Shown here one piece after another: positions 53,301 to 64,000 of a stretch of 64,000 nucleotides of DNA. The notes under the pieces are model-generated. The model was not told the origin of the DNA. It saw nothing but the letters and a program-made list of their open reading frames with translations, and did not search any database. The stretch is from NCBI GenBank assembly GCA_030141605.1, contig JAQGDQ010002383.1:186001-250000 (forward strand), in the 5' to 3' direction. Positions within the stretch are counted from its first letter, which is position 1. The number at the start of each line of letters is the position of its first letter. The DNA is from Tubiluchus corallicola (taxonomy: Eukaryota > Animalia > Priapulida). A program made the position numbers and the translations under genes.

Positions 53301-56300
53301 ACATTAAATAAACTTTCTTAATCCAATCATTATTTTTGGCACAGAAATTGAAACTGGGAGCCTGCCATAGCAAAATTTTATTTGAATACGAATCGCTGAA
53401 AAATATGTTTGAAAAAATATCGGTCCATGGTGATTATTTTTGCAACGATTTCCAATTTCCCGGACTTTTCACCCCATTTTCATCATTTTCCCTGACTTTT
53501 CCATGACTTTCCAGGATAGCCTGCATTTTTAAGGATTTTCCCTGACCGTGGGAACCTGAGTGGAGCATGCATGTGACGGAAAAGGAGAGTAAATATTTCT
53601 ACTGACATTCATAAGTTCTTATCAAGGTTGTAGAGTTGTGTTTAATTTGACAAGATATATTCAATGTGAATTTTCTTTTATATTTAAAATAAATCGAGTC
53701 CAAAAAATGTTGCATGATTTTAATAAGTAAAACTGAACTGTTACTGTCACCTTGAATAATTTTCAACTCACCAAGAACACTGCATTTATATGTCTGCATC
53801 TGCATCTGAGCAGCCTGATTTTCTGCCTGCTCTAATCGGGTTGGCATTTTCAGGCCTCCGTACTTCTTCCAGTATGTCCAGCAGTTGGCACAAACACGAC
53901 AGTGCAGGTGCGATGCACCCCAAGCATACCTGGGAAAAAAAACGTAAATAAAAATAGTGAAGTTCAACACAATAATTGCAGAAGAATTTAAAGTCAACAA
54001 ACTGATCATTAGTGCCTTGGAATATTTTATACAATTTGCCACTCAGTACGCCAAGTTCAAGCCACTAGTAACAAGGATTATGTATTTTGACATGCATTTT
54101 TGAGGATAGAAGCTTCTCACAGTATCCTTTAAGATGAGAAATTGAACTGCTCATTTTTATTTATTTATTTTTAGTTATTACGAAAACACCAAACAACAAT
54201 ACAATATAGCAAAACACATTACGATGACAAGGTGTACATAAGATTATATAATTACATTAATTTCATAATAAAATTGGCATGACATGATATCATTAATGAT
54301 GCAGGTGTTAGGGTGCAAAAAGGGAAGGTAAAAAATGATGGACTGATAGTGTAGGAGATGGGAATTAGTACGATTAGGTTAGTGAAATGATGTGGATTAG
54401 TTGAATATGAGATTGCTATTAAGACATTGCAAAAATATATATATATATTTATGAACAGAAGTACACTATCGGCCAGTCTGTCACTCACTGTAAATCTGAA
54501 CATACGCGTGAACATACTATACAAGGTCAACCTTTAATTCGCATTAAAGAATAAAGTTTTCAAACTTTTTTTGAATCTTGGTAACGACGAAGTTGAATTA
54601 GTACTTGCAGGTATTTTGTTCCGCATGGTTATTGTCTCTTTACCACATTTGGAAGCACTTATCTCAAGAAATCTCTGACAGATAAACCCAATTGCCAAAA
54701 CAGCTTACCACTGATGTGAAACACTGGTAAAGCAGCTTTCACACGCACGAGAATCGACACCCTCAAATCCATTTCTTTGGCCCTGAATTGCTGCAGGGTT
54801 AGGTTTGTTGTAGTTTGGAATGTACACTTGTTTCAACTTGCTTTCTGCCTCAACGGCTTTTACACGTTTCTGCTGTACATAACGGTCTGTTGTTTTCCAC
54901 ATGTAGTAGTATCTGAAATAAAAAAATGGATCACATAGAGTATAAAAAAACATAAAATTTTGAATGATCACCCAACGAAAAGATCGACGCTGGTCTCCAC
55001 CAACTATGGCTTCGAACAATAACCTTTATTGAAAAATACTAAGCTAGAAAATTAATGCAGTGTTTGTGTTCTTTTTAAACAACTTTCACTCTTATAATTT
55101 CCAAACACACTTTTTTATCAAAAAACCATTTTACCATATTTCCAAGAAACACTTAAGCTCTTAAAAGGTTTTTCAGACCTAATATTATATTACTACTCCT
55201 TGCAAAATAAAATTATGGATGTAAAATTGCAATCTAGCACCTGGATGTAAGGTATACCACTAATGTCACACAACTACATAAGGTAAAAGCAAAAAAACTA
55301 ACCAGTTCTTCATAATTTTAATGGCTACTCAAGCATCTGTTTATCTTAAGCAACAATTCAATGAACAAACACTTCACAATTAAATAGTACAGCAGGAAAT
55401 AAAGTTAAGATTATATACTAAAGAGTGATTGCTCTGAGTTCTAACAATTTCTCATCATTGTTTCATCTGCCATATTGGTGAACTGTTGACAAGTTGGCTT
55501 CTGGTAGTGAAATGTCGCAAATCTTAAATCTATAAACCAAATTTTCAACATTACTGTACATGCGCATACTCTATAATGTTCTTTAAAGATTTCCATGGTA
55601 AGAAGTCTTGTCTAATGTCACCAAAATCTTTTCCGTATTTCTCAATGGCTTCTTCAAAAAGATTTGCTTCGGCAGCCGACCACTCCTCCATTTCATCGCG
55701 ACACAAGACTGGGCCACTTGGTGGCACAAGTGTTGAAATTGCCTTTGAGAGATCGTAACCTATAAAAAATACACTCTAGCAAGACGTTGTTAACCGCAAA
55801 AAAAATTAAAAGTACATTATTGTATTAATGTACACAAAAGTGCATTAATTATAATAACTGCAAACAGGTTAACTAAACTGTGTAAATAAAATTTAGCTAT
55901 ATTTTTCTATCTAATAAAAAATACCACTCTATAAATTACAGAAAAGTAACAACATGAGACAGGCTTTCCAACGTTCACTACGTTTCAAACTTCAATTATA
56001 GAAACCTTGATAAAATCCTCAAAAATCATACTCACTGCTAACACATACTGTGTTTTAAATATAGTAATTTTTAAATAAAAACTGTCATTTCAAAGGCACC
56101 TTTACACTAACAACCAATAAATTGGTTGGTTACTATTAATTTAAGCAAGCTTAGACAAATTTTTTTAAGTTATATCGGATACAGTATATAGTTGCAGCTA
56201 GTACTTTGGCCAGAAATCTAAGCTCTCTAAAGCTAATACAGTAGGTGTCACTTAATAGACTCACTTTGGGACCGAAGTGTTTTTGTCCAATTAACCGACT

Positions 56301-59300
56301 GAACCTATTAACCGATGGGTACAGTATTACTGGTATAGAAGTATGAGTCAACAGCTTACTATGCACTGCAAATGTTTTAATGAATTTTAATGGATCTGCT
56401 GTTGTATGATCACGCATAAATTTTCGAAAGAAATACTTAGTGTTTGGCGTGCTTAAACTGTTAGTGGTGCCCGTGTTTCCCCGCAAGTAGCTTCGTCGGT
56501 AGGTTCGCCTAAGCTCCTGCTTGCTATAATTGTGACATACTTACTGTACTGTGTAACTACGGCCAAATCACGTTGAAAACACCGGTTCTCATCTGATCAC
56601 CGAAGTTAAGCAACATAGAGCCTGGTTAGTGCGCCTAGGAATACCAGGTGCTGTAGGCTTGCGGGATGCCCACACTGTATCTCGACACTAGGCAAGGAGC
56701 TGCACAAGCAGCCAAAGACTAGAGGGCGGAGGAGGTCAAGTGACTCAATGGCCATGTGTAGAGGAGTAAACCTTCCAAATCAGGAGTGGAGCCCCGAAGG
56801 CGGACCAGTGTGCAGTGTGCTCACTGACTCCGGCAGCTCCTGCAGCCAACTTGGTGCCAAACGTATCGCCCCGCTTTCCTTTGGACTACACCAGGGATGC
56901 CAGCAACTGTACTGTACCTGCATCCAGCAACATCTAACTGATAAGACATTCTGGCAAAAATAGTCAGAGCTTCAAAAACAAATCGCTAAGCAAGTGACTA
57001 AATGTTTAGCTTTCAAGAATTCTTGGGTAACCAGGTTAATTGCAGTGGCCAGGCGGGTCAAAGCAAACCATTAGGCTAGCATATTAGCATATGATAAACG
57101 TTCCTGCTTATAAACAAAACGGTACTTAACATGATTGTTTCTTATGTATATTATAGGACAAAAGCGAACTAAGATGATATAAAAGTCATAAAAGCTTATT
57201 AATCATGGGAAAGTGTCTTATTGAATCATGTGAAGCAAAAATATTGATTCAATTATGCAGAGTTATTTAAGTCAATTACCGACAGTATTTATGTACATTT
57301 CAATAGAAGTGGCCCGTACCAGGCGTTTTTGAGTCAATTAATTGATTGAGTCTATTAACCGTGAGTCAATTAAGTGCACCTACTGTATCAATTTAATAAC
57401 CCGCGCCTACAAAGTTATTAAAACAGAAAAGAAATATTAGCAAACTAATCAACTAAGGTGTTTACCGGACAAGTGCAATACATTCATTGCATGGAATAAA
57501 GTTACATCTCTAGAAGCAGCAGCCGCGCTCATGTGCAGACTCGGCTGTTTGACCGTACTAGAACAATCTAAAGCACGAGCAAATGTTCCCACTGACCGAG
57601 CAATGACCATAAACTGGTCAATTTGAATATCAGATAATGGATTCTCTGGCGTGTAAATAAGACTTTCCAGTTCAGACACAACACGATTGTCAGATTCACC
57701 TAAAAACAGACAAACACATTAGTACAGCAAGTCTTCACTTAACGACGCTAATGCACTCCAGCAAAATGTGACATTAAGCGAAACGTCGTTAAACGAAACC
57801 AAGACTTCCATGGAAAGTAATGTAAAAGAATTGAGATACGTTCCAGAAGCAAAAATCGATGCTGCTTAAATTGTATACATCAAATGTTTTATGAGTTTTA
57901 TTCATATTTCTACTGATTAATTGCCAGAAACCATCTATCTTTCTTACCAAAATCTAGCTAGACTGGATATGGGTCTATTGAAACCTGTATACAGACAGTT
58001 CACATTTAAACAATGCAAAGAGAAGGCCTAGCCCTGCATGAAGCCATCTTGAGGCAATTTCAGGAAGTATTAATCTGGTTGTTATAGCAACAAGTTGCAC
58101 ACAAAATTCCTTGGCATCAAGTTTAAACTCAGGTGTCTGGAGACTGGATCGGCAAATAGATCTTCATACAAGCGGCTAGAATTTAGTACGCAGATAGTTG
58201 GGAACCAAAAGCATTATAATAATTACACTGTTTGGGTTACTAATGTGCTTTTAGAACAAAATTATGCAATTTGCATGGCTTTTATACTCCAAATTAGGCA
58301 AAAAAAAGTTGTTGATAAAAAATGGTTGTCAGCAACTTAAAAAATCGTCTTTAAAACGAAACGTGTGTCGTTAAGTGAGAAAATGGTGTCAAATGTTCAG
58401 CGGTGTTAAAACGAAACGTTGTTAAACGGGGAGTCGTTAAGCAAGGACTTGCTGTAAATGAGAACTGAAAAGATATGGCTTCAGAATAACAAGAAAGCTC
58501 TGAGGGCATTGTGTTCCGTGCAGATTGATTTGTGACATTTTGTTGCTATTTTCTCCCTTTCAAGTGCAAAAAGGAAAAGCTGACTAAATCACTGCACACG
58601 AAGCCATATCATAGTGCGATATCACGAACATTTCAGTGTTTTCTGAACTTAATCATGCGCTGAGTTGTCTGTATTTTTCAGATTAATGCAAATATATGTC
58701 ATGTAAGCGAAGATCTTGGATAATCTATGACTTCATGCACCATTTTAATTCCTTTCTTTTTGCATTCAGTTGTCTCTGAAGTTTATACACTTGTCAAAGG
58801 CTCACTAAAACAATCTAGTAGAAAAAGCCTTCTGACTGCTTTTTTGCACTTTTTTTCTGAACTTTTTTAGTAAAAAACAGATCTGGCAATTGATAAGCGC
58901 ACAAAAGCAGATGAGTCAAAATATTTTAGAGTGAAGACAATGTTGCGAGGTGCAACAAACATAAAACATATTGCAATAAAACATCTCAGAAATGTGTTCA
59001 ATACCGATATTACGATTCTTGTTTTTAGGCTGGTAAATTATAAGAAATATTTACATCAATTGCAAAACACACATTGCTTGAATGTAACAACTGAAAAGCT
59101 TATTCTCACAAAAAGTAATTTATGTAACATTAAATTACCTTCTCCAAGAAGGTTTTGTATCTCAGCTTGGAAGTTGCTCCCAACACGTATTTCTCCTTTA
59201 TCAGCTAGCAAAGTTTTCTGCGTCGGATCATAGACTAATGAGTAGAAGAAAGCATCATCTCTGTCTAAGTAGCTGTTCAACGATTCAGTCTCATTTAGTA

Positions 59301-61802
59301 AGGCAACCGAGCATTTACCTCTGATATGTGTGGCAGGGAGTGTTTCAACCTAAATACAAAATAAATTGTGATAAGCACAGTTTAGATTGTTGTAACTTGA
59401 GCTTGTTAACGAAGTTATATTGAAGTTCATTTCTGAACAAATTCTGAAAGTAAGCAATTAATCAAGTTAAGCATTTTATCATTACTAGGGTTCAATCAAA
59501 AAATGCTTCTTAATAGTGTTTCCATGGGTACAATGCACCCAAGTAATTCATCACATTGTTTACTACCAGTGCCTGATAGTTCTACCCAATTCACACAATG
59601 AAAATGCAAACGTTATTGTTAAGACGATATTGATCATTTAAGAATTTAAAATATAAAGGCCACCTTCTGCTGCACACTTCTGCAGTAACAGACAATTAAC
59701 TGCTGCCTTGGCAGTGCCCAAGGCTAACAGCCAGATGACAGATGACGCCACTTTTGACATAGAGGTGACTTACAAAAAACAATTCATTACGATGAGGCTA
59801 ACTATCCAAATAAAACTATTTATTAAAGGAAAAGCTGATGATTGTTTAGACTCAATCTCATTTTAATTTACTGTCCAAAATATAAATTTTCTTGCCAATG
59901 AAAGTTAGCAATTGTCTCTTATATTTGAATAATAAGCTTAGAAAGTTAATTAATGGCAACCAAACACAACTATTGCTTACGTCAGAAACTAATCACAGTT
60001 TGGGCAATGGCAGGTATCTTCCCTTGCGTGTCAAGCACATTTACAGTGTTATAGTACTGCGATGTCACGAAAATGGGCTCTATGTCATATGACGTCAGAA
60101 ACTAACACTGCAGTTCATGATCATGGTTGTCACGGTAACGCCTTCTATTTGGCGGTCACATGCATGTGACAAAAAGGCGCTGTTGCCAATCTTAGTAGAT
60201 TCACTGAGCCGTGCATAGCTTTGAAAGTTTAACAAAATTTGAGTATCCAAGGCAATTATTATTTAATCTCAGCTTTGATTTAAGAAAAGCTATTATAGTT
60301 TTCAATATTTTAGAGCACACTTTATTCTGAACTAATGTTTACCCAATCGTCCGGTTTTCCTTTAACAATTAAAAACCTATTTCACATCACTAACAATGAT
60401 ATGAATACTCGGATTTTTTAGTTTAACAACACACAAAAAGGATAATATTGATTATTTCATTCCCCTAGCCTCTACAAGTATTAATAGACCTCAGCACAGT
60501 ACCTAGGCTGACATATCTGACTCACTGATAAAAGCGTGTAATTAAGTAGTTCAGGAGTCTGACAGAATAAAACAGCCAAATATGGCATGAAGCAAAACAT
60601 TAACTTTCGTGAGTTTCAGCTCACGAGTTGTCCCTCAGCATGCAATAAATGAATGCTTGTTGTTAATGTAACAGTGCAGTTAGTTGACATATACCAACGT
60701 TGCTTTTATTTTAATAATATAAATGACTTTAATTTCTTCACTGCTGTTGTATCTTAACAATTGTGCACCCAGGTACCCGACAATAATAATAATAATAATA
60801 ATAATAATAGTAATTTTATCTTCCTCCATAAATATACAATGATTTGACAATAAAATACACAAAAATACAAACGAACATAGGAAAAAGGGTGGCGAAAAAC
60901 CAAAGGTTATCGAGTCAACCACCCTTCTCAAAGGACAGTAAACAAAAGGATGCTAATGACACTAGACACAACTATATTAAAAAATACATAAACGTGCAGA
61001 AATACAAAAACAAAAATACAACAGCAAAAAAAATCAAAAACCAAAAACCATGACAAATTTGCAAACTACTAAGCAACTCATAGAAAGTGAGTTTGCACCT
61101 TATAAAAAATGTTTTTTATAAGGTGTAAGGAAAATGGTATCGGTGTTAGATTTCTTCTGCACTTGTAAACACTACTTCCTAATATTACATTTTGATACTA
61201 AGACCTTACACAAAGTTAATTCCTGAGAAATTATGAACAGATTCAGTAAAACTAAGTGGTTGGAACAAACCTGTAAACATGAAAACTGTGAAAGCATTAA
61301 AAATAGATAAAACTGTTTTGATAAAAATGCTAATCTACTACTATAACACATCTTAACTGCATAAATAATAAATACACAGCTAAATAATAAAAAAATTGAC
61401 AATTGCTTACCTGTCGGGAAAGAAAAAGTTCGCGATGCCGCAACTGATGGCTCTGTTTTTCAGACAGTTTATCATCATGCTCTTCTTCAAGAGCACTCTG
61501 ATGTTTATCTGCCAGCATAAGCAGGCCTCCGGATATGTCCCGACGTCGATAAAAGCACATAACTTTAGCTTCAACATTTCCTGCAAAAACAGGTTGAGTA
61601 GCCAGTATAGCAACAATAACTTGGGCATATTTTCTACGTGCTTATCAGTGTGCAAGGATACATGCAGGAAATATTTTAAAAAAGTGTTCTACTTGCCCGT
61701 TTGTGTTTTATTAAGTTCTTCTATTCTGCGAATGAGGAATGGCGATGTTGAGGACGTCTCGAAGAAAACGTAATCGCCGACTCGATACATGTTTGCTGCC
61801 AT
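47210..61802 (-). CDS. MTA1: Metastasis-associated protein MTA1/2/3 homolog (NuRD subunit), 12 coding exons, ~737 aa
   Basis: N-terminus [52 protein letters not shown] closely matches the MTA family. Exons: 61697-61802, 61411-61580, 59139-59349, 57466-57699, 55570-55759, 54709-54912, 53772-53929, 52439-52714, 50730-50900, 50108-50251, 47469-47697, 47210-47330. All phases are compatible and the total is 2214 nt ending in TAA. Domains: BAH, ELM2, SANT, GATA ZnF, C2H2 ZnF, R1, R2. Confidence 0.96.
47469..47697 (-). CDS. MTA1: MTA coding exon 11
   Basis: Acceptor aatag|; encodes [10 protein letters not shown]...[23 protein letters not shown] (compare MTA1 NWIDAPDDVFYMATEET); donor AG|gtttgt. Confidence 0.9.
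50108..50251 (-). CDS. MTA1: MTA coding exon 10
   Basis: Acceptor tttcag|; encodes [47 protein letters not shown]; donor G|gtaagt; phase 1/1. Confidence 0.85.
50730..50900 (-). CDS. MTA1: MTA coding exon 9
   Basis: Acceptor tatag|; encodes [29 protein letters not shown]...EDRVS; donor C|gtaagc; phase 1/1 fits the neighbouring exons. Confidence 0.85.
52207..52292. repeat. Tandem duplication, 2 x 42 bp
   Basis: AGAAATGGCTTCACTCTACCAATCTATAATTTATAAACTAAT occurs twice. Confidence 0.9.
52439..52714 (-). CDS. MTA1: MTA coding exon 8 (C2H2 end, R1 RBBP-binding region)
   Basis: Encodes [20 protein letters not shown]...[27 protein letters not shown]...[16 protein letters not shown]; the donor G|gttggt is weaker than the others. 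Confidence 0.9.
53096..53558. mobile_element. Non-autonomous DNA transposon with 6-bp TSD in MTA intron 7
   Basis: CAGGGTTCCTAC ... GTGGGAACCTG termini, internal TTTCCATGAC repeats, and AGTGGA on both sides. Confidence 0.72.
53772..53929 (-). CDS. MTA1: MTA coding exon 7 (GATA ZnF end, C2H2 start)
   Basis: Encodes [33 protein letters not shown]...YKCSVL; acceptor cccag|, donor |gtgagt. Confidence 0.95.
54155..54660 (-). mobile_element. LINE (L2/CR1 group) 3' fragment in MTA intron 6
   Basis: Encodes the C-terminal motif [25 protein letters not shown] and has a (TAAA)n tail. Confidence 0.6.
54709..54912 (-). CDS. MTA1: MTA coding exon 6 (SANT end, GATA start)
   Basis: Encodes [39 protein letters not shown]...[13 protein letters not shown]; acceptor tttcag|, donor |gtaagc. 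Confidence 0.95.
55570..55759 (-). CDS. MTA1: MTA coding exon 5 (SANT)
   Basis: Encodes [62 protein letters not shown]; acceptor tatag|, donor |gtatgc. Confidence 0.95.
56239..57385. mobile_element. Tc1/mariner (pogo/Tigger-like) non-autonomous element hosting the 5S SINE
   Basis: TA|CAGTAGGTGTCACTTAATAGACTCAC ... GTGAGTCAATTAAGTGCACCTACTG|TA: terminal inverted repeats with TA flanks. Confidence 0.8.
56553..56905 (+). mobile_element. 5S-derived SINE, internally deleted copy in MTA intron 4
   Basis: The 5S head lacks box C. The body matches the 12.3-12.9 kb copy up to ACTACACCAGGGA, then jumps to the tail TGCCAGCAAC. Flanked by the direct repeat ACTGTACTGT (56543-56552 / 56906-56915). Confidence 0.88.
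57466..57699 (-). CDS. MTA1: MTA coding exon 4 (ELM2)
   Basis: Encodes [46 protein letters not shown]; canonical ag/gt boundaries. Confidence 0.95.
57725..58454. mobile_element. Tc1/mariner (pogo/Tigger-like) MITE in MTA intron 3
   Basis: TA|CAGCAAGTCTTCACTTAACGAC ... GTCGTTAAGCAAGGACTTGCTG|TA. Confidence 0.82.
59139..59349 (-). CDS. MTA1: MTA coding exon 3 (BAH end / ELM2 start)
   Basis: Acceptor tttag|; encodes [24 protein letters not shown]...[31 protein letters not shown]; donor G|gtaatt. Confidence 0.95.
59823..60365. mobile_element. TTAA-flanked (Kolobok-like) MITE in MTA intron 2
   Basis: TTAAAGGAAAAGCTGATGATTG ... CAATCGTCCGGTTTTCCTTTAA form imperfect TIRs. Confidence 0.7.
60782..61240 (-). 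mobile_element. Probable LINE 3' remnant in MTA intron 2
   Basis: T-rich 3' UTR-like tract, a GGTTGACTCGATAACC...GCCACCC structured segment and an (ATT)n tail. Confidence 0.45.
61411..61580 (-). CDS. MTA1: MTA coding exon 2 (BAH)
   Basis: Acceptor tttgcag|; encodes [16 protein letters not shown]...[13 protein letters not shown]; donor CAG|gtaagc. Confidence 0.95.
61697..61802 (-). CDS. MTA1: MTA coding exon 1 (BAH N-terminus)
   Basis: ATG at 61802; encodes [35 protein letters not shown](G); donor G|GCAAGT. An upstream acceptor-like TTATTGCAG (exon start ~61821) suggests a separate non-coding 5' exon. Confidence 0.93.
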
Positions 61803-62611
61803 GTTGCTTGTTGTTCACGAGCTGCAATAACATTCAACATAGGTGTAGTAGCAGCCTGAGTAATAGCCTAATATGTCGTTCGAGAAACCCAGTGAAATGA
61901 TTTGCTTAACCTATAGTTGAATTTCATTTTGGGAAAGAAGACAAAGCTCAGCAAAGTAATCACTTATAATGCACTGATTTATAAAACTAAAATTTTCAAA
62001 TTTTTCTTTTTCAATTTTATTTTAAAGTATTGCCTATATTATGACAGATCATAAGCTATTGCTGAACTGCACGTAATACATAGGAAAGATTTATGCAGAA
62101 GTGAAAAGCGGATACGAAGCAAACTTAAAACAGAAAATGATCAGTGAAGTGACATATAGCAGGCCAGCACGACCCATCATTGGTGCAAGTTCGATGAAAG
62201 CCAACGATGCTGAAGGACTCGTCTCCAGTAATCTCACCGTTCATAGTCAGCTTTTATGTTCATGTAAATTATTTCATTTTAATGTGCGAATAAAAAATTG
62301 AATTGAATTGTACAATAGGAGTAGCTTAACCAACGATGAATTACGGATGTGGAAAAGTTACAAGTGAGAACATTAATATTATAGACGCAAATTAAATGAA
62401 ATTAAAATGCATAACAATATGGTTACCAGCGTGTAATTAAGTGTAGCTTTTCCTCTTACAAATAAGGAAAATGCAAATAAAATCGCAGTCTCACAAAAAC
62501 TTTTTGTTAACACATTTCTTTATGAAAATTCTATATTAAGAAACAAGAGAACATTCAAAAAAACTGTTCACTTATTGAAGCCGAAGCGCATTGTGGGAAT
62601 TTGTTTACAAG
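61803..62611. promoter_or_regulatory. Putative bidirectional promoter / 5' UTR region
   Basis: The head-to-head ATGs are 810 bp apart. A YY1-like CAAGATGG overlaps the plus-strand ATG. Confidence 0.55.
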
Positions 62612-63949
62612 ATGGAGTAAGCGGTTACTATGTTTTTATCTCATCTATCCTGTTATAGATTTTTATTTTATAGCAAATAAATTGCATGACAGTTTGTTAC
62701 TTTTTACACGTTTTATTGTTGCATGACCGTCAGTTTGTTATGAGCAACATTTTAAGAGTAAACAGACTGATTCGAATACACTTACTATGACCTACAATAC
62801 TGGTTTTGCTTTGGCTTGGAGTAGTACCGTACAATCGTAGCAGCAGTAATACTGCAAGCGTAAAGCCCTGAGCTTGTGTGTGACACTAATAAGTATTTTA
62901 TTTAATAATTGCACAACTTATTGTAGTTCAGTAGATGACTCTGGGTTAGGAGATCAGCTAAAAATTGTAAAGAATAATTGTCGTGGAAGCGCATGTGGTG
63001 ATGCAGAGAATATCCACAAAACTGAAAACATGGTTGCTGTTGAGGAAAAAAATGATAACTGCGGAAAGCATTTCGAAAGCAAGAACAGTGAAGAGAAGAA
63101 AACCAGTGACATAAAAAGTCAACCAAAAGCAGAGAATATGAATGATGAAGAAGAGCATAAGAAGTCAAAAGTGGAACCAAAAGATTGTGAGGATACAAAA
63201 TCAGACAACTTGAAAGAAGCCACTGAGAATGACGAAGTACTATACGAAACGGCTGATGACAACGAAGTGCATTTGAAAAAATCATGGAAGGAGGGATACT
63301 TGTATGTAATTTGCAGCTAAATTTCAGATAATGAAAATTTGTATACACCTTATATTTTATATAAACATTCACTTTCTTCATTTAGAAATTAGGGTTTTAA
63401 TCAATATGCATATGTGGCTGCACTTTTTTTAAAGTCTACGTAGAACTCTGTCTTACCTTAACTTGAGTTGCCTGTGATATTCATTAACGTCCACAAATCA
63501 GTGAAGTCACTCCAGTACTTTTTTATTGTGGTATCGAGTAACAGCACTTGTTTATTTTTACACACTACAAGAACTTCTGAACTAGTCAGTCCAGTTTGTA
63601 CGGACCTGTCAGCCTCAAGATGCAGCAAATCTGGATATTTCTCAAAGGGTTAAAAAGCCTGTATGTTTCTTAAAAAAGCCCGGACTCTTTGTACTCCAGA
63701 TTTTTTTGACATCCACTTGTTAAAAAAGTGAAGCTACCACATCATAGATTATATTTAAGATCAATAATAACTTGGCCATTCCAAAATTTTTGAATCATAA
63801 TATCCTGTTCAAAAAAATTGACTGGGCACTGATTGCAATAAAATGAGACAGTTTTTGGGTTCTTTTCATTGTGAAATGAGCTTATTTAAGTTATTACAGG
63901 CTGCTCAGATGTGGCGGCATTCTAAACTACTTTGTGAAAGAAAAATTTG
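62612..63949 (+). CDS. Divergent gene (5' part): acidic N-terminus followed by a PH-domain-like segment; continues beyond the window
   Basis: Exon 62612-62616 ATG GA|gtaagc splices in frame to ttgtag|62927-63301 (MDSVDDSGLGDQLK...EVHLKKSWKEGY)|gtatgt. That joins ttacag|63900-63949 to give ...WKEGYLLLRCGGILNYFVKEKF, which resembles the PH-domain beta2-beta3 pattern. Confidence 0.7.
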
Positions 63950-64000
63950 GTATTTTTTAGTTTTAATTAGTATAGCTGGTGGCCAAATTCTGCATAATGT

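Noticed and set aside
63468-63653. 61-aa ORF as an exon of the divergent gene
   Set aside because: It has no convincing splice sites in phase, and direct 63301-63900 splicing gives a better motif.

Overview
This is AT-rich eukaryotic genomic DNA from an animal, probably an invertebrate, so most ORFs in the six-frame track are microsatellite or repeat artefacts. The main gene is a complete 12-coding-exon MTA (metastasis-associated protein, NuRD subunit) gene on the minus strand at 61802->47210. Its hand-assembled CDS is 2214 nt (737 aa), with BAH, ELM2, SANT, GATA, an extra C2H2 finger and R1/R2 motifs, and its first coding intron is GC-AG. A second gene starts head-to-head about 810 bp away on the plus strand. 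It has a 5-nt first coding exon, an acidic exon and then a PH-domain-like segment, and it runs off the window. The first 47 kb hold no recognisable protein-coding exons. They are a dense, partly nested mix of SINEs, hAT-, Kolobok- and pogo-type MITEs, LINE 3' remnants, a Penelope-type hammerhead relic and tandem repeats. The most unusual item is a ~570-bp SINE family with a full-length 5S rRNA head, a GC-rich body and an (AAC)n tail, present in two copies. A second, degenerate 5S-like-headed SINE family occurs as an inverted pair. I found no support for a new multi-gene system. All family assignments come from visual pattern recognition, not database searches.
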